Of a stretch of 64,000 nt of DNA, positions 12,446 to 25,059 are shown in pieces; position 1 is the stretch's first letter, and every line of letters begins with the position of its first letter. A model generated the notes under the pieces. The model was not told the DNA's origin, did no database searches, and worked only from the letters and a program-made list of their open reading frames with translations. Made by a program: the position numbers and the translations under genes. The DNA is from Eledone cirrhosa (Eukaryota): positions 22,754,001 through 22,818,000 of the forward strand of contig OZ024746.1 in the NCBI GenBank assembly GCA_964016885.1. The letters are read 5' to 3'.

Positions 12446-12818
12446 CATATAGAATATAAGAGAGAAAGCGGGGGAAGACTCCATTATTTGTTAATAATAT
12501 TCCAAGTGTTCTGCTACGCAAGAGATCAATCAAAAAGATGAAGAAATAGAGAGAAAGTGTTCCAGATTACGATGATAGTGTCACAGACAAGACACGGAGA
12601 AACGTTAATTAGATTCAACATAAATAAATGAGAATGTGTTGTCTAGTAGGAGTCTTCGTAGCAGGAGTCTTTGTAGGAGTTCTAGCAGGAAGTTTCTTGT
12701 AGAATTCCGACGGTGAACCAAAATCACATACGTCGGCTGCAAGTAAATAGTTTAATACAACGGAGCGTGCCAAAAATATACAGAGGATATTGTAAACACT
12801 GTATCAATTAATGTTTTT

Positions 12819-12881
<63 letters not shown>

Positions 12882-12912
12882 CATACATAAAAAAATATAT
12901 ATATATACATAT

Positions 12913-12953
<41 letters not shown>

Positions 12954-13042
12954 CATAAAAATATATATATATATATACATATATACATACATACATATAT
13001 ATATATATACATACATAAAAAAAAATATATATATATACATAT

Positions 13043-13107
<65 letters not shown>

Positions 13108-13344
13108 ATAAAAGAAGTTAAAAAAATATGTTTGAATCAATCAAGCAACAATTTGATCAAAGTGTGATGTTTTTCTCGTTTTCCTACAAAAATTCTGAAC
13201 CCCAGGAAATAAATACATAATACCGGCCACACGTAACACACACACACACACACACACACACGCATGCACAACTGGCCGAGCACACACACAAACCCCGCAC
13301 ACGTACATAAACACATGCACACATGTCTAAACATTTCTAATCCT

Positions 13345-13860
13345 ATATATATATAAAATATTAAAAAAATAATGAATAAAACAATGAAACAGTTCCTTAT
13401 ATTAAACAAAAAAAGTTCATTATTTAACGATCGTTTCTAGGATATATATGTGTTAGAAGTGGCATGCATATTCAACAGATCTATGTACAAAATTATACAA
13501 AATTATACAAACTATCAAAATTAAATATACATACCAAACACATATATATGCCGTCTTCAGAAATAATTCTTTCCATGATATCCGGATTACATTGAGTTCT
13601 TCATACGGATTGGACACTACCGTAAACTCTTGGTAGATTTATCTATATATATATATATATTTCTGAAGACAGCATATATATGTGAAGGTATGGATATTCA
13701 CTCTGATAGTTTGTATAATTTTGTACATAGATCTTTTGAATATGCATACCAATTCTAACACATATATGTCCTAGAAACGATCGTAAAATAATGAACTTTT
13801 TTTGTTTAATATAAGGAACTGTTTCTTTGTTTATTCATTATTTTTTTAATAATTTATATA
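13345..13860. repeat. Inverted repeat, arms about 200 bp
   Basis: About 13350-13565 vs 13658-13860, diverged, flanked by (TA)n. Confidence 0.9.
13658..13790 (+). ncRNA. Type I hammerhead motif with 104-nt stem II (mirror copy on minus strand about 13421-13565)
   Basis: UAUUU-CUGAAGA-[long hairpin]-GAA-ACGAUCGU-A-AAAUA. Confidence 0.65.
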
Positions 13861-14455
13861 TATATATATATATATATCAGTTTGTCGGGCGTCCATTCGG
13901 CGCCGTTGGTCACAGCACGTCATGCTGTTTTAGCCATAAGATAACGCCATCCCACTTGCTGGGCGGGCAGGCCTCAAGGTGATATATATCAGATATTGAG
14001 TTAGAAACTCAAAATAGTCTCTTACAATTAAATAGCTCCAAGAAAGAAGTTTTTCTGAGCCGTGTAATATAATTGAATATACAAGCGAGATAAACATAAA
14101 TATAAACATACATGTGTTTGAATTGTAAAGGACCAGGTTCACTAGGGTGAAAAAAATACTAACTATAACAATATGGTTTGCCACGCTAGCATGGGTTAAA
14201 TGGATTGTCCTGTTGTGGGCAGTGCCTGGTCGGCTGACCTTGTCTTGCTCATATGGGAACTGGTCTTGGGTTGATTTTTACACCTACCTCATTTACAGTG
14301 AGTGCTGGGTGCTTTTTTGCTGTGGCACCTCCACGACCACTTTGCAGAGTGTGGGGGGTATGTTGTTTACATGCTTCAGCTTCGGCTTGTACCCATTGGA
14401 AACATATATATATGTATGTATACACACACACACACACTTATATATATATATCATT

Positions 14456-14797
14456 TCATCATCATCATTTCATTTTACGTCCACTTTTTCCCTGCTTGCA
14501 AGGGTGGGATGGGAACTGATTCTGGCTTGATTTCTACAGCTCGATGCCCTTCCTAACACCAACCTCATTTACAGTGAGTGTTGGGTGCTTTTTTGCCGTG
14601 GCATCCCCACGACCACTTTGCAGTGGAATGATATGGACCCCAGTCCCTATCATCTCATTTCCACAGCTGAGTAAACTGGAGCAATGTGAAATAAAATGTC
14701 TTGCTCAAGGAAACAACACATCACCCACTCTGAGAATAAAACTCACAACCTTTCGATTGCAAGGCCAATGTTCTAACCACTGAGCCATGTGCCTCCA
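14456..14797 (-). mobile_element. tRNA-head SINE with RTE-derived 3' tail
   Basis: Head TGGAGGCACATGGCTCAGTGGTTAG. The tail CCCACCCTTGCAAGCAGGGAAAAAGTGGACGTAAAATGA..(TGA)n matches the RTE end at 22321-22376. Confidence 0.75.
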
Positions 14798-17700
14798 TCT
14801 ATATATATTTATATATATATTTTTTTTATGGTCCTCCTCGAAGCATGAAATGGTCATAAGGAAATAACTTGTGATGTCAACAATAGTGAGTTGTGCTTGC
14901 CACACTACTTGTGACGCCAGCAGTAGTAGCGACTTGTGCTCACCACAATGCTTGTGATGTAAGCAGTAGTAGTGTGTAGTTCTTGCAACAACAGCACTAT
15001 TAATACTAACAAATTCATCCCTAAATTATATTCAAAGAAATAAATAAAAAACAAATACAGAATTTCGTAGGTTTTTAGTTTTAAAACCCTAACAATAAAA
15101 TAAAGTATAAAACAGAGATTCAAGCTTAAAGACTCATAGAGCAGAAGACACAAAAATGTAGTCCTGGAGGCATTAATTGAATAGGAGAAAACAATATGAA
15201 AAGCAGCGAAAACAATAACCATGTTCTATTATTTGAAAAACGTTGTGGTTAAAAAGCAACGACAACTTGGAAGCCACCTCATGAATAAACCAGGAGTAAA
15301 GGGAGTCTCTCACAAAAGGACTACCTTCTTGTCCGATAGATTTATTCAGGAAATATTGAGCAGGAATATAAAATATATATCTATTTAAAAAAGATATAGG
15401 CACTTCCATATACTTGATGTGTACTTAAACCATCGTGTTTAAATATAGAACATGTCTTTGATATCTAAATGGCTAAATGTTAGCAGAAGAGCTCCCAGGA
15501 GTCATGATATGAATGCAGCCCTTAGAGTGTAAGACATTAAACACTTGCATGTAGAGAGCTTCTTCTTTGAAGACCTGTTGTCCAACTTTCCTGAGAGTTT
15601 CTTACCAATACTCAGGATAGAGAAGTTGGAGGATGGCCTATGTTGCTCCCTCGATCGAGGGAAGGCATATGGAAGTGCGTGTCTGGGAATGAGGTGGCTA
15701 GCGTTCACCCTGAGGGTGTGAAAGACTTCATCGTTCGACGAAACTGAAGATTATCAAGGGCAAATTTGGAGGACTCAGTTTGCATAAGGTGGCCTAAATT
15801 GATGATATGGGAGCCTTGGGCTACTTTATCCTACCTGAGTGGTGGTTTTTTACCTGTTCTTGTGTAGAGGAAGTGCCTATATTTCTTTATCTAGATATTT
15901 AACTTCATTTAATATACTTATTACGCTTTTGTGCCAGGCAACTTTGTTAATTATATACAGGTTTGTTAATTTACAGGTAAGTAACCCCTGTATACTATTA
16001 GATACAGAGATAACATCCTACCATTACTTTCCCCATTATATATACATATATATATGTATATGTTTTCCAATATTCTTGATGTGAAACCGTATGTTGAAAT
16101 AGGACCACACCCCATAACCTACTGTTTGAGGACAGAATAGGACATGCAAGAAAGAGAAAAAAAACATAGGAAGACACAGAGAAATAGATACACAAACACA
16201 CACACAAGACACAAACCCATGAACAGATGCTGACAGAGAAATGTGTCCCAGAAAGACAAGATGGAGGAAACAAAATGGTTTGATAACTATTTCCGAAAGC
16301 TGATATAAGGAGGCAAAAATATACAAAGGGCAAATGATGAAAAATAGAACAAAACAAAGTAATGTTTTTCTTACTCAGTATATTTCAACATAATATTTCT
16401 GGGTTAATACCCTCTTTTCAAATGGAAAATAAAAACCAGCTTTCGGAAATACTTATCATTTATTACATATCTCATAATTCTTCATATTAATTATACTAAT
16501 GTATATAACAAATTTAATATAGAAATGGCTTCTACAGGACTAGAACTGTTTCCTTCAAATGAAACAGTTCTAGTCCTGTAGAAGCCATTTCTTTATTAAA
16601 TTTATTGTATACATTCTAATGTATTGAGTACCTTATTTACTGTGGTTACTCCTGAATGAACCTGGGACTCACATATACATACATACTTTTGAATTCAATT
16701 AGATATTTGTATGAAACATATAATTATGCTTTTGACTTGAGGAACAACCTGTATCCTGTTATTATTTAATCTCATTAAAAGAACAAATATTTATTAAGTT
16801 TTCATTACTGCAGGCTTTGCACCAAATAATCTGAAAGCTTCAAAGAATGAAAACCAAAAAAATAACAGATTTTCAAAAAACCAGATTGTTCATCACTGAA
16901 TTTACTGTAAAAGAAAAAGAAACAAACGGAGCCGATCATCGGGTGTCTTGTCTTTTCCATTCTGTCCCCCAGGACCACGAGGTGAACTGACCCACAAGTA
17001 TTATTTATAGTGGTGGCATGTGGTATAAGTTTTAGCAACATGGTAACACCCTCTTGTGTATTACTTAAATAATAAGAGCAATACACACGAGATCCATTAA
17101 TTCTATCTTCACACATCAAAATAGACAATAATTCCTTTTAGATTTGTCACTAACTACATTCACTGAACCATGACACTCCCATTAGAACAGTAGTGTGACA
17201 TCATCGGATCATATCAAGGAACCAATGTTTCCATTTGTCTTGCCATTGCTCGTACTATATGCTAACTCCTGCTAAAAGAAAAAAGACATGAAATAAAGCA
17301 TTTTACTCTGGTCCAGGAATTGAACCCACAATCATTTGATCGTGAGTCTAACACCCTAACTACTTAATTACATGCTTTCAAATAATCAAAACAAAATTAT
17401 AGGGCTTTTCAATTTTACAAAATATGACTTTATTTTTTTCTTCTAATTTTTTAATGAAATAAAAATAGAATTAATACAAGTATCATAAAAGCAAATAACT
17501 TAAATATACTTTTGAGTATAATATATGTAAAAAAATAATAAATATTCATATTTGCTGCACTTTGAGTATATTTACAATTTGAAAAATAAAAGAAAAAATT
17601 GAATATAGTAATGTTAAATAAACGATATGTATGTCTCATTTAACAATAGTGTTGTATATATAGTTCCCACAGTTATTGGAAATTATTGTGTGAAATTTAA

Positions 17701-17993
17701 ACCATTCTTTTCAATTTCTTAGTGGTAAGAAGCTCTCAGGACAGTTGAACAGCAGAAGGTCTTCAGAGAAGAAAACACTTCAAGCATATATATATATATA
17801 TATATATAACGAAGGAAAAGTGGTAAGGAACCAGGTGGACCATAACGCACCAAAGTACTCAATACTTAGGGTAGTAGAGTGGGTAATAGGAACGAGTAGG
17901 ACCCCGACGGATGAGCTCAAGCCGTTTCGACGGCTAATTCTGGACTCAGATATATATATATATATATATGAGTGTGTGTATACATACATACAC

Positions 17994-18033
<40 letters not shown>

Positions 18034-18804
18034 CATATACATGGTCTGACATGGAATAAAAAATTGAAAGAAAGATATTCCATGGTGAAAATTGCCTGGC
18101 AATGGTGGGCTACTCTGCTAGTGCATATATATAGATATCCATGGGGCCTGAACTCCCGATCATGACTTAGTAGCACTGTCATGACATACAGCATGTCATG
18201 GGAATTTTTTAATTCTGGCAGAGCCCATCATTCTCCAGGTCAGAACACAGCTAATTATTTCCAGAGAGAGATATAAAAATTAATCTCTGGTTCTAGGTTG
18301 TTACTTAATTCATCAACCTTAAAAGGAAGGATGACATCGGTGGAATTTGAACTAAAAATACAGAGAGCAAGAACAAATGTAAAATATTTTATTTAATGTT
18401 CTAACAACTCTTCTAATTTGTTACCTTATATAAAATATTAAATACAAAAAGTACAGCTAATTTAGAATATTGTCTGATTTACAATTTTGAAATTTATTAT
18501 TTTTAAATATTTTTATCAACCAAATTCATCATCTTGGTTTCATTAAATATTTCTTCAGCATAAAAACAGTCTTTTATATAAAAGTGTTGTATTTTTTTTA
18601 TTATAAACATTTTATCAACTCTTAATTAAGTTCTTGAGAATGATGAACAACTCAATTTGTTATATTAAATATTACACAGAAAAATACAATTCGTTAACAA
18701 TTAGGTAAAATAGAATTTAGATAAATAAATTTTATTTATAAGTCAACATAATCTCATATTGAGAAAGATGTTTCAATTTCAACATGTAAAATTCTAGAAA
18801 CCTG

Positions 18805-19095
18805 AGCCAGTCTATGCGTATTTTGTGCCCCAGGCTTTAGCTCTATAATGTATACATCAGGTATTTAGTACCCTAGGCTAGCTCAATAATGTGTAACTGG
18901 GTAGTTGACTAGGCCAGCACTATGATGTTCCGTAACCTAGCTCCTCAAAGTGTACTATGTGTTTTTAGTACCGTAGACAGCACTATGTATACCCTAGACC
19001 ATCTCAACAATGTGTATCTGGGATTTTAGTGCCCTGGGCTAGCTCTACAATGTTTACCTGGGTATTTAGCTCCCTAGACTCACTCTATAATGTGT
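18805..19095. repeat. Degenerate tandem repeat of about 40 bp
   Basis: CCCTAGGCTAGCTCTATAATGTGTA.CTGGGTATTTAGTA-like unit, about 7 copies. Confidence 0.7.
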
Positions 19096-19683
19096 CCCCC
19101 CCCCCCCCTTCTCTCAGGTGTAAACCCCATTTTTCCCAAAAAAATTTCAACTTATATTTGACACATTTGCTCTGAACACACTGAAAATATTACTAAGCCT
19201 TCACTTTTCACTACACCATCCACATATACCCATGCCAAATCATGTGACACTATATTACCTTCATTATGGCATTTTATATTTTCACAAGGCTACTATGTGA
19301 CAAATATGTTTAGCAATTTATTTATTTATCACAACAAAATATTGTATATTTAATTTTATTATACAGATTTGTATACAAATGTGATCTTTTAAAGTTCAAT
19401 GATGCACCTCTCTGAGGTCTGCATCCTAGATGGCTGCCTACCTGGCCTTAATGGTAGCGATGGCATTGCTATAAATGAAACCAGCATAATTAGGATTTTT
19501 CAAAGAATACATTTATAAAATTAGATGAACATTCACAAGTTAAATATTTAGCCATTTCATATATTGTGTGTATTTTTAATTTAAAAAAAAAAAAGATCAC
19601 TGTAAAAAAAAGCACTGTAAAAAAAATCACTGGTTAGAATATCACCAGAATAAATAGAATTATAAAACCTATAATGAATAATG

Positions 19684-19970
19684 GTCTAAAGTCTGTCTCG
19701 AGCCTGAAGGCTCGTCAGGCTGGTGCATATCCCAGTTTCCATGATGTTAAGCAACTGAGAGTACATGACTACCCCTGGAAAGAACACCATTCCATTGAAG
19801 GGTTAAACTCCCAGCTACTGCTGGTACTCATTTTTAGCTGAGTATACTGGAGCAATGTAAAATAAAGTGATTTACTCAAGAACACAACACACAACTCAGT
19901 CCAGGAATTGAACCCCTGACATTATGATCATAAGTCCAACCCCACTTAACACTAGGCCACATGCCTCCAC
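19684..19970 (-). mobile_element. tRNA-head SINE with (CTTTAGA)-type tail
   Basis: Homologous copies at 6965-7750 (carrying the internal array) and 27345-27593. Confidence 0.75.
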
Positions 19971-20782
19971 AATGAATAAAGGCCAGCATTGAGTCATGAC
20001 TGGCCATGGGTTTTCACTTGGAAAGTTCCTCTCCAAGTTGTAAGCCTGGGCAGGGTATTTTGTAGAAGACTAGCAGTCACCCATACACAGCAATCTTTCC
20101 TCTCCATACCATCAAGACTGTCCCAAACGAAAGGGAAAAACCAATACAGCTTGACCCCAATGTTATCACAGTTCATTTTTGTTCTCCTAACAGCATGGAC
20201 TAAAGCAATGTGAAATAATTGTTTCTACTTTAGGCACAAGGCCAGCAATTATCCAGTGCATTACTGGTACTTTTATTTTATCGACCCCGTAAGGATGAAA
20301 GGCAAAGTCAACCTCGGCGGGATTTGAACTTAGATCGTAAAGGGACGTAACTATGCTGGAAAGCATGGCATCCGACCCTCTACCGATACTGCCAATAATG
20401 TGTCATACATACTCAAGGACAGAACATGCTGTCTGGTTCATGAATTGAGCTCCCATCCATAAAGTTGTGGTCTGCTACCTCCCAGTACTAAGTTAAACCA
20501 CACCTACTAATATTATTTTTTAATTTATTGCATATTTTCCCCCTTTCATCAAATCTTACAGATTCTAACCATTATTATTGTCAATGAGTAGAAAAATAGA
20601 TTCAGTGGCAAAAACTGAGTTTCCAGTTTCTGATTTTTCCTCCTCTATGTTTATAGGGGGAACATAAAAATAAAATATGATTTGATAAAAAAAAGTTCAA
20701 ATCTGTTTGTTCATCAAATTTGAAAGATTAATTTGTTGTTTGGCTTGTTTGTTCGGATGAGAGTTATTGATAAAGAAGAAAT

Positions 20783-20990
20783 TTATTGTATTTTGCCGAA
20801 TGGTGCGTGATGTAGGCTACATGTAGCAGCCAAGGAGCCATATCTGGGAGAGTTAGATGGCGGATAGGTTGTCGTTAATATATGATCATGAAACATGACA
20901 TCATAGTTACTGCTGGTTGATGGCGAGTCATTTCGGGGTGAGCCAAACATTAAACATGCACGTGGGATTGCATAGTGAGAAAACATCGAG
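20783..20990 (-). CDS. GPR137: GPR137-like terminal coding exon 7
   Basis: Long polypyrimidine tract plus TAG at 20991-20993. Phase 2 continues into SMFSHYAIPR...SPRYGSLAA...GKIQ and the TAA stop. AATAAA overlaps the stop codon. Confidence 0.78.
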
Positions 20991-21183
20991 CTAAAAGAAA
21001 AAAAGAAAAGATAAATAACATATAATAGAAGAAAACATACATAACTTTATATACTCTTGGGATATTATTATGCAGGCAAAGTTAACTTTGCCTTTCATCC
21101 TTACGGGGTCGATAAAATAAAGTACCAGTAATACACTGGGGTAATTGCTGACCTTGTGCCAAAAAGTAGAAACAATTATTATA

Positions 21184-21517
21184 CAGGGCAGTCCGAAAGT
21201 CTTGTCACTCTTTGTCACATATTGTTTTAACTTTCATTATTTTTTGTTTTAATAATATAATATCATTAATTATAATATATAATAATAATAATATAATTTT
21301 CTATTTCAGAGCTCCTACAGTTTAGAAGAGAGGCTGCTTGCAAGTGTATGGACACATAATCGTGTGCATTCTGGCAAGAGCATGGAGGATGTGCGACATG
21401 TCTTCATTGCAAGATTTGGCAAACCAGCTCCTCCAAAGAGGACGATACTATGATGGGAGCATAAACTGTTTCTCATTACTTATTGGTAGGGGGTGACAAG
21501 ATTTTCGGACCACCCTG
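21184..21517 (+). mobile_element. Tc1/mariner internal-deletion derivative (MITE)
   Basis: About 27-bp TIRs CAGGG(CA/TG)GTCCGAAA(G/A)TCTTGTCAC with TA flanks. Retains an HTH-like remnant, SYSLEERL...RFGKPAPPKRTIL*W. Confidence 0.82.
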
Positions 21518-21750
21518 TACAATGTAAAGGTGGTGAATTGATAGAAATATTAGAAGGGGGATTTATAAAGGTGAGGTACATGGCACCCAGGAGAGAAATT
21601 ACGGTGGGATCCAAACTGTAAAACAATATTGTACATTGTGTACATATCAAATCAAATACTAATATACCCAACTATAGTGTACATTGTGTGTATATTAAAT
21701 CAAATACCAATAAACCCAACAATATATGTTAAACGATGATGATGATGATG

Positions 21751-21799
<49 letters not shown>

Positions 21800-22008
21800 A
21801 TAATAAATTTGAAGACTAAAATCCAAAGACGGCTCGATAAGGATAAATATATATCAAATATATAAGAACCGTAGAGCAAATATTTATTAAATTAACAGAT
21901 TAAAGTTTAAGCAAAGAATCGCTGCTTTCACCCTTAACGGGATCTTCTGAAACTAACAAAGTCAATCTGTGGACGCAGAAGTGAATATTTCAAAAAACGT
22001 TGCAGCCG

Positions 22009-22049
<41 letters not shown>

Positions 22050-22090
22050 CATAATACATATACAAATATATACATACCTATATAATATAA

Positions 22091-22376
22091 TGTGGTGTGC
22101 AGGAGAGACGGCTGAGATGGTATGGACATGTGATGCGCATGGAGGATGACCGCTGGGTAAAGAAGTACCAAGAAATCCCAGTAGAAGGAAGACGCAGTAG
22201 AGGTAGACCACGTAAAACATGGGCGGAAGTAGTGAGAGCAGACCTCAGATCGCTGAAACTCACCGAGGAGATGACGAAGGACCGTGACAAGTGGAGAGAT
22301 GCTGTGCTGAATAGGACCCGTCCCACCCTTGCAGGCAGAGAAAAGCGGACGTAAAATGATGATGATGATGATGATA
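22091..22376 (+). mobile_element. RTE LINE 3' end
   Basis: RRLRWYGHVMRM...EGRRSRGRPRKTW...DRDKWR followed by a (TGA)n tail. A related copy lies at 35175-35387. Confidence 0.88.
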
Positions 22377-22465
22377 TGTATATATACACACACACATACC
22401 TATATATATATATATTTATATATATATATATACATATGCATACACATCATATATATATATATATA

Positions 22466-23732
22466 CAGGGTGCGGACGATATTTGTTCACAATTTTCAAC
22501 TGCTAATTTTATGCAAATTTATTTTACTTCTGTTGACACTCTTGTCTTCATAAAAACAGTGACTATATTTCCATTATTTATTTTCAGAATAATTGATTAT
22601 GAATAATTTTGAACCTCCAAATTTGTGGAAGAGACACGGAGTTCTTTTTGGAATCCGCGCCGGGAGGACAAATAAGGAAATAGCAGACTTTCTCAGCGTC
22701 AGCAGGAGAATGGTAGAAAAGGTCAGAGGAATTGGAAGATTCAGGATTCGACTACGAAGCAACATGAGAGAGGAAAACACATGATTGACGATCTGACGCC
22801 TTCAGAATGCCCTAGTTCGTCGCTGAAGTTCAGGATATCATCAACAATGAACCTAGCAAGTCAATGCGTGCCATTGCAAGGGAGAAAGGCGTGGATGACA
22901 AGCTCATTAGGCTGGTGGTACATGAAGACATTTGCTACGTTTCATACAAGATGAGGAAAGGACAATTTCTGTCAAAGGCGATGCAAGAAAAGCGACTGAA
23001 GCACGCAAAGAAGCTGATCAACAAGTTGAAACACCCACTGGAGCCAGACATGTTGTGGTTTTTCTCCGACGAGAAAAACTTCTGCCAAGACCAGAAGATC
23101 AACTCCCAGAACAACAGGTGGCTCGCTTTCTCATCCAAAGACGTGCCCAGAGTCACACAGACAAAGTTTCCAGCGACAACATTGGTCTTAGGTGTCGTCA
23201 GCAGTCAAGGTGACGTCATGCCACCTCACTTCTTCTCTGAGAGCCTCAAGCTGAACACCGATGGCTACATATGCATTCTGGATCGACCAGGTAGCTGCAG
23301 GTAGGCCGTACGTGTAGCAGCAAGACTCAGCGCCCTGCCATACCAGCCGAAAGACCAAAGCCTGGCTGTAGGAGAACTTCATCGACCACACTTCACCTGA
23401 CATCTGGCCTCCCAGCTTGCCTGACTGCAACCCCCTTGACTTCTTTGTGTGGGGCGCAGTGAAATGAGACACAAACAGATCTAGCTGCAATACGAAAGAC
23501 GATCTGAAGGCCAGGATCACAAGTGCCTTTAGGGGCCTAAATCGGGGGACAGTGACGAAGGCCTGTAGCCGGTTCCGAAGCCGCCTTGAGGCCGTCATCA
23601 AAGCCAATGGCAGGTTTATCGAGTGAGATCGAAAGAACAAGTCATGAAGACAAACTGACTCAAGTTTGATAAATAAATCTTAAAAAATAAAACTACTGTG
23701 TTATTTTTTCCTAGACAAATATCGTTCGCACC

Positions 23733-23735
<3 letters not shown>
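22466..23735 (+). mobile_element. Full-length decayed Tc1/mariner-superfamily DNA transposon, DD37D (maT) type
   Basis: 21-bp TIRs CAGGGTGCG(G/A)ACGATATTTGT with TA on both sides, 1270 bp, inserted in (TA)n. Confidence 0.93.
22598..23625 (+). pseudogene. DD37D transposase pseudogene
   Basis: Motifs WFFSDEKNF, QQDSAPCH and WPPSLPDCNPLDFFVWG, with 37 residues between the second and third Asp. Frameshifts and in-frame TAG/TGA stops are present. Confidence 0.9.
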
Positions 23736-23799
<64 letters not shown>

Positions 23800-24910
23800 C
23801 ATATTATATATGTGTGTGTATATATATTCTGAATGTCAATAGACAAAGCTAGATACTGAAGAATGTCTCTAGACCAGCCTTCAACTGTGACTGATAACTC
23901 ATTACTGTTTCACATTCTAAAGCTATAAATATCATTCTTATTCCTCAGAGCAACCAAACCACCTAATGTCTACATTGTTTATTTTTATGAAATTGAACTT
24001 TTATACATTCAATTCACACCCATGATATTCTATATATAATTTATAGAACTTGTGTACATTAAGTTAGATATGATCAAGAGATGTGGAATAATGAATTGTG
24101 AAATCCATAATGGTGGAAACATCTGGTGTCCTGGATTCCTGAACCACTTCCATACATACAACACTTATGATGAAAGTAGTTACCAGTAAGCAGCTCTGGA
24201 CACTATATTGGCTATTTCAGCACATCTCACTCGCTATCCTCTCAGGTAACACTTTCACAATTCTGTCTACTGAGACCATAAGACATCAATATTATAATAG
24301 ACTGTATCTAAAACAAAGTAAAAAGGTTTTGACACATGGGCAAGCTTCACGAGTTGAACTGGTTATTTAGGCACATTTCTCTCACTATTCACAAATATAT
24401 TCATTGGGACCACAAAGCAACAGTAATATAATCCCAATATCCTTGACAGTGAGGTCAACTTTGCCTTTCATCTATTCCAGGTTGATAAAAACCACTCCAG
24501 TCAGGTATTAGGGTCTATTCCTCCTCTATATCTCTTTCTCACTTCCATTCTTTCACTTTATGTCTTCCTCTGGAAGAAATCTGGTATATTCAGATCTGGA
24601 GAGATGGGCTCTGTCAGGTTTTAAAATGCCCCAAGAAATGCGGTATGTCAATACGGTGCCCCTACAACACAACCAGGAGTTTCAGGTCCATACGTTACCA
24701 TGTCATTCTTGAAAGTATCTTAAAGAAAGGTAAAATGGTTTTGTCTGAAGACCTTGGAGGTCAGTAGTCTAACACTTCAATTTCTAAATATTCAGTCCAT
24801 AATTATCTAATACTAATGACAACCCAGTTAATTACTCCCCTTACAAAAAACCCTTCCATTGTTGATAAACATTGCCATTGTTGTTATATCAATTATAATG
24901 TAATACTTAC

Positions 24911-24984
24911 GGTATGAAACGTTTATCGTTGCGGAGTGCTGTAGTCTCATCATTGAAATACTGAGAGCGTTGGGTCAGGATCTG
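24911..24984 (-). CDS. GPR137: GPR137-like coding exon 6
   Basis: cttttgTAG(CAG) acceptor. Encodes QILTQRSQYFNDETTALRNDKRFI(P). GTAAGT donor. Phase 0 in and phase 2 out fit exons 5 and 7. Homology is weak (SQYFND vs SYFFDN). Confidence 0.75.
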
Positions 24985-24994
24985 CTACAAAAGA

Positions 24995-25059
<65 letters not shown>

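Noticed and set aside
19684-19722. CTGACGAGCC-TTCA-GGCTCGAGAC (minus strand) as a hammerhead
   Set aside because: It lacks GAAA and stems I and III, and is better explained as the 3' stem-loop of a SINE tail.
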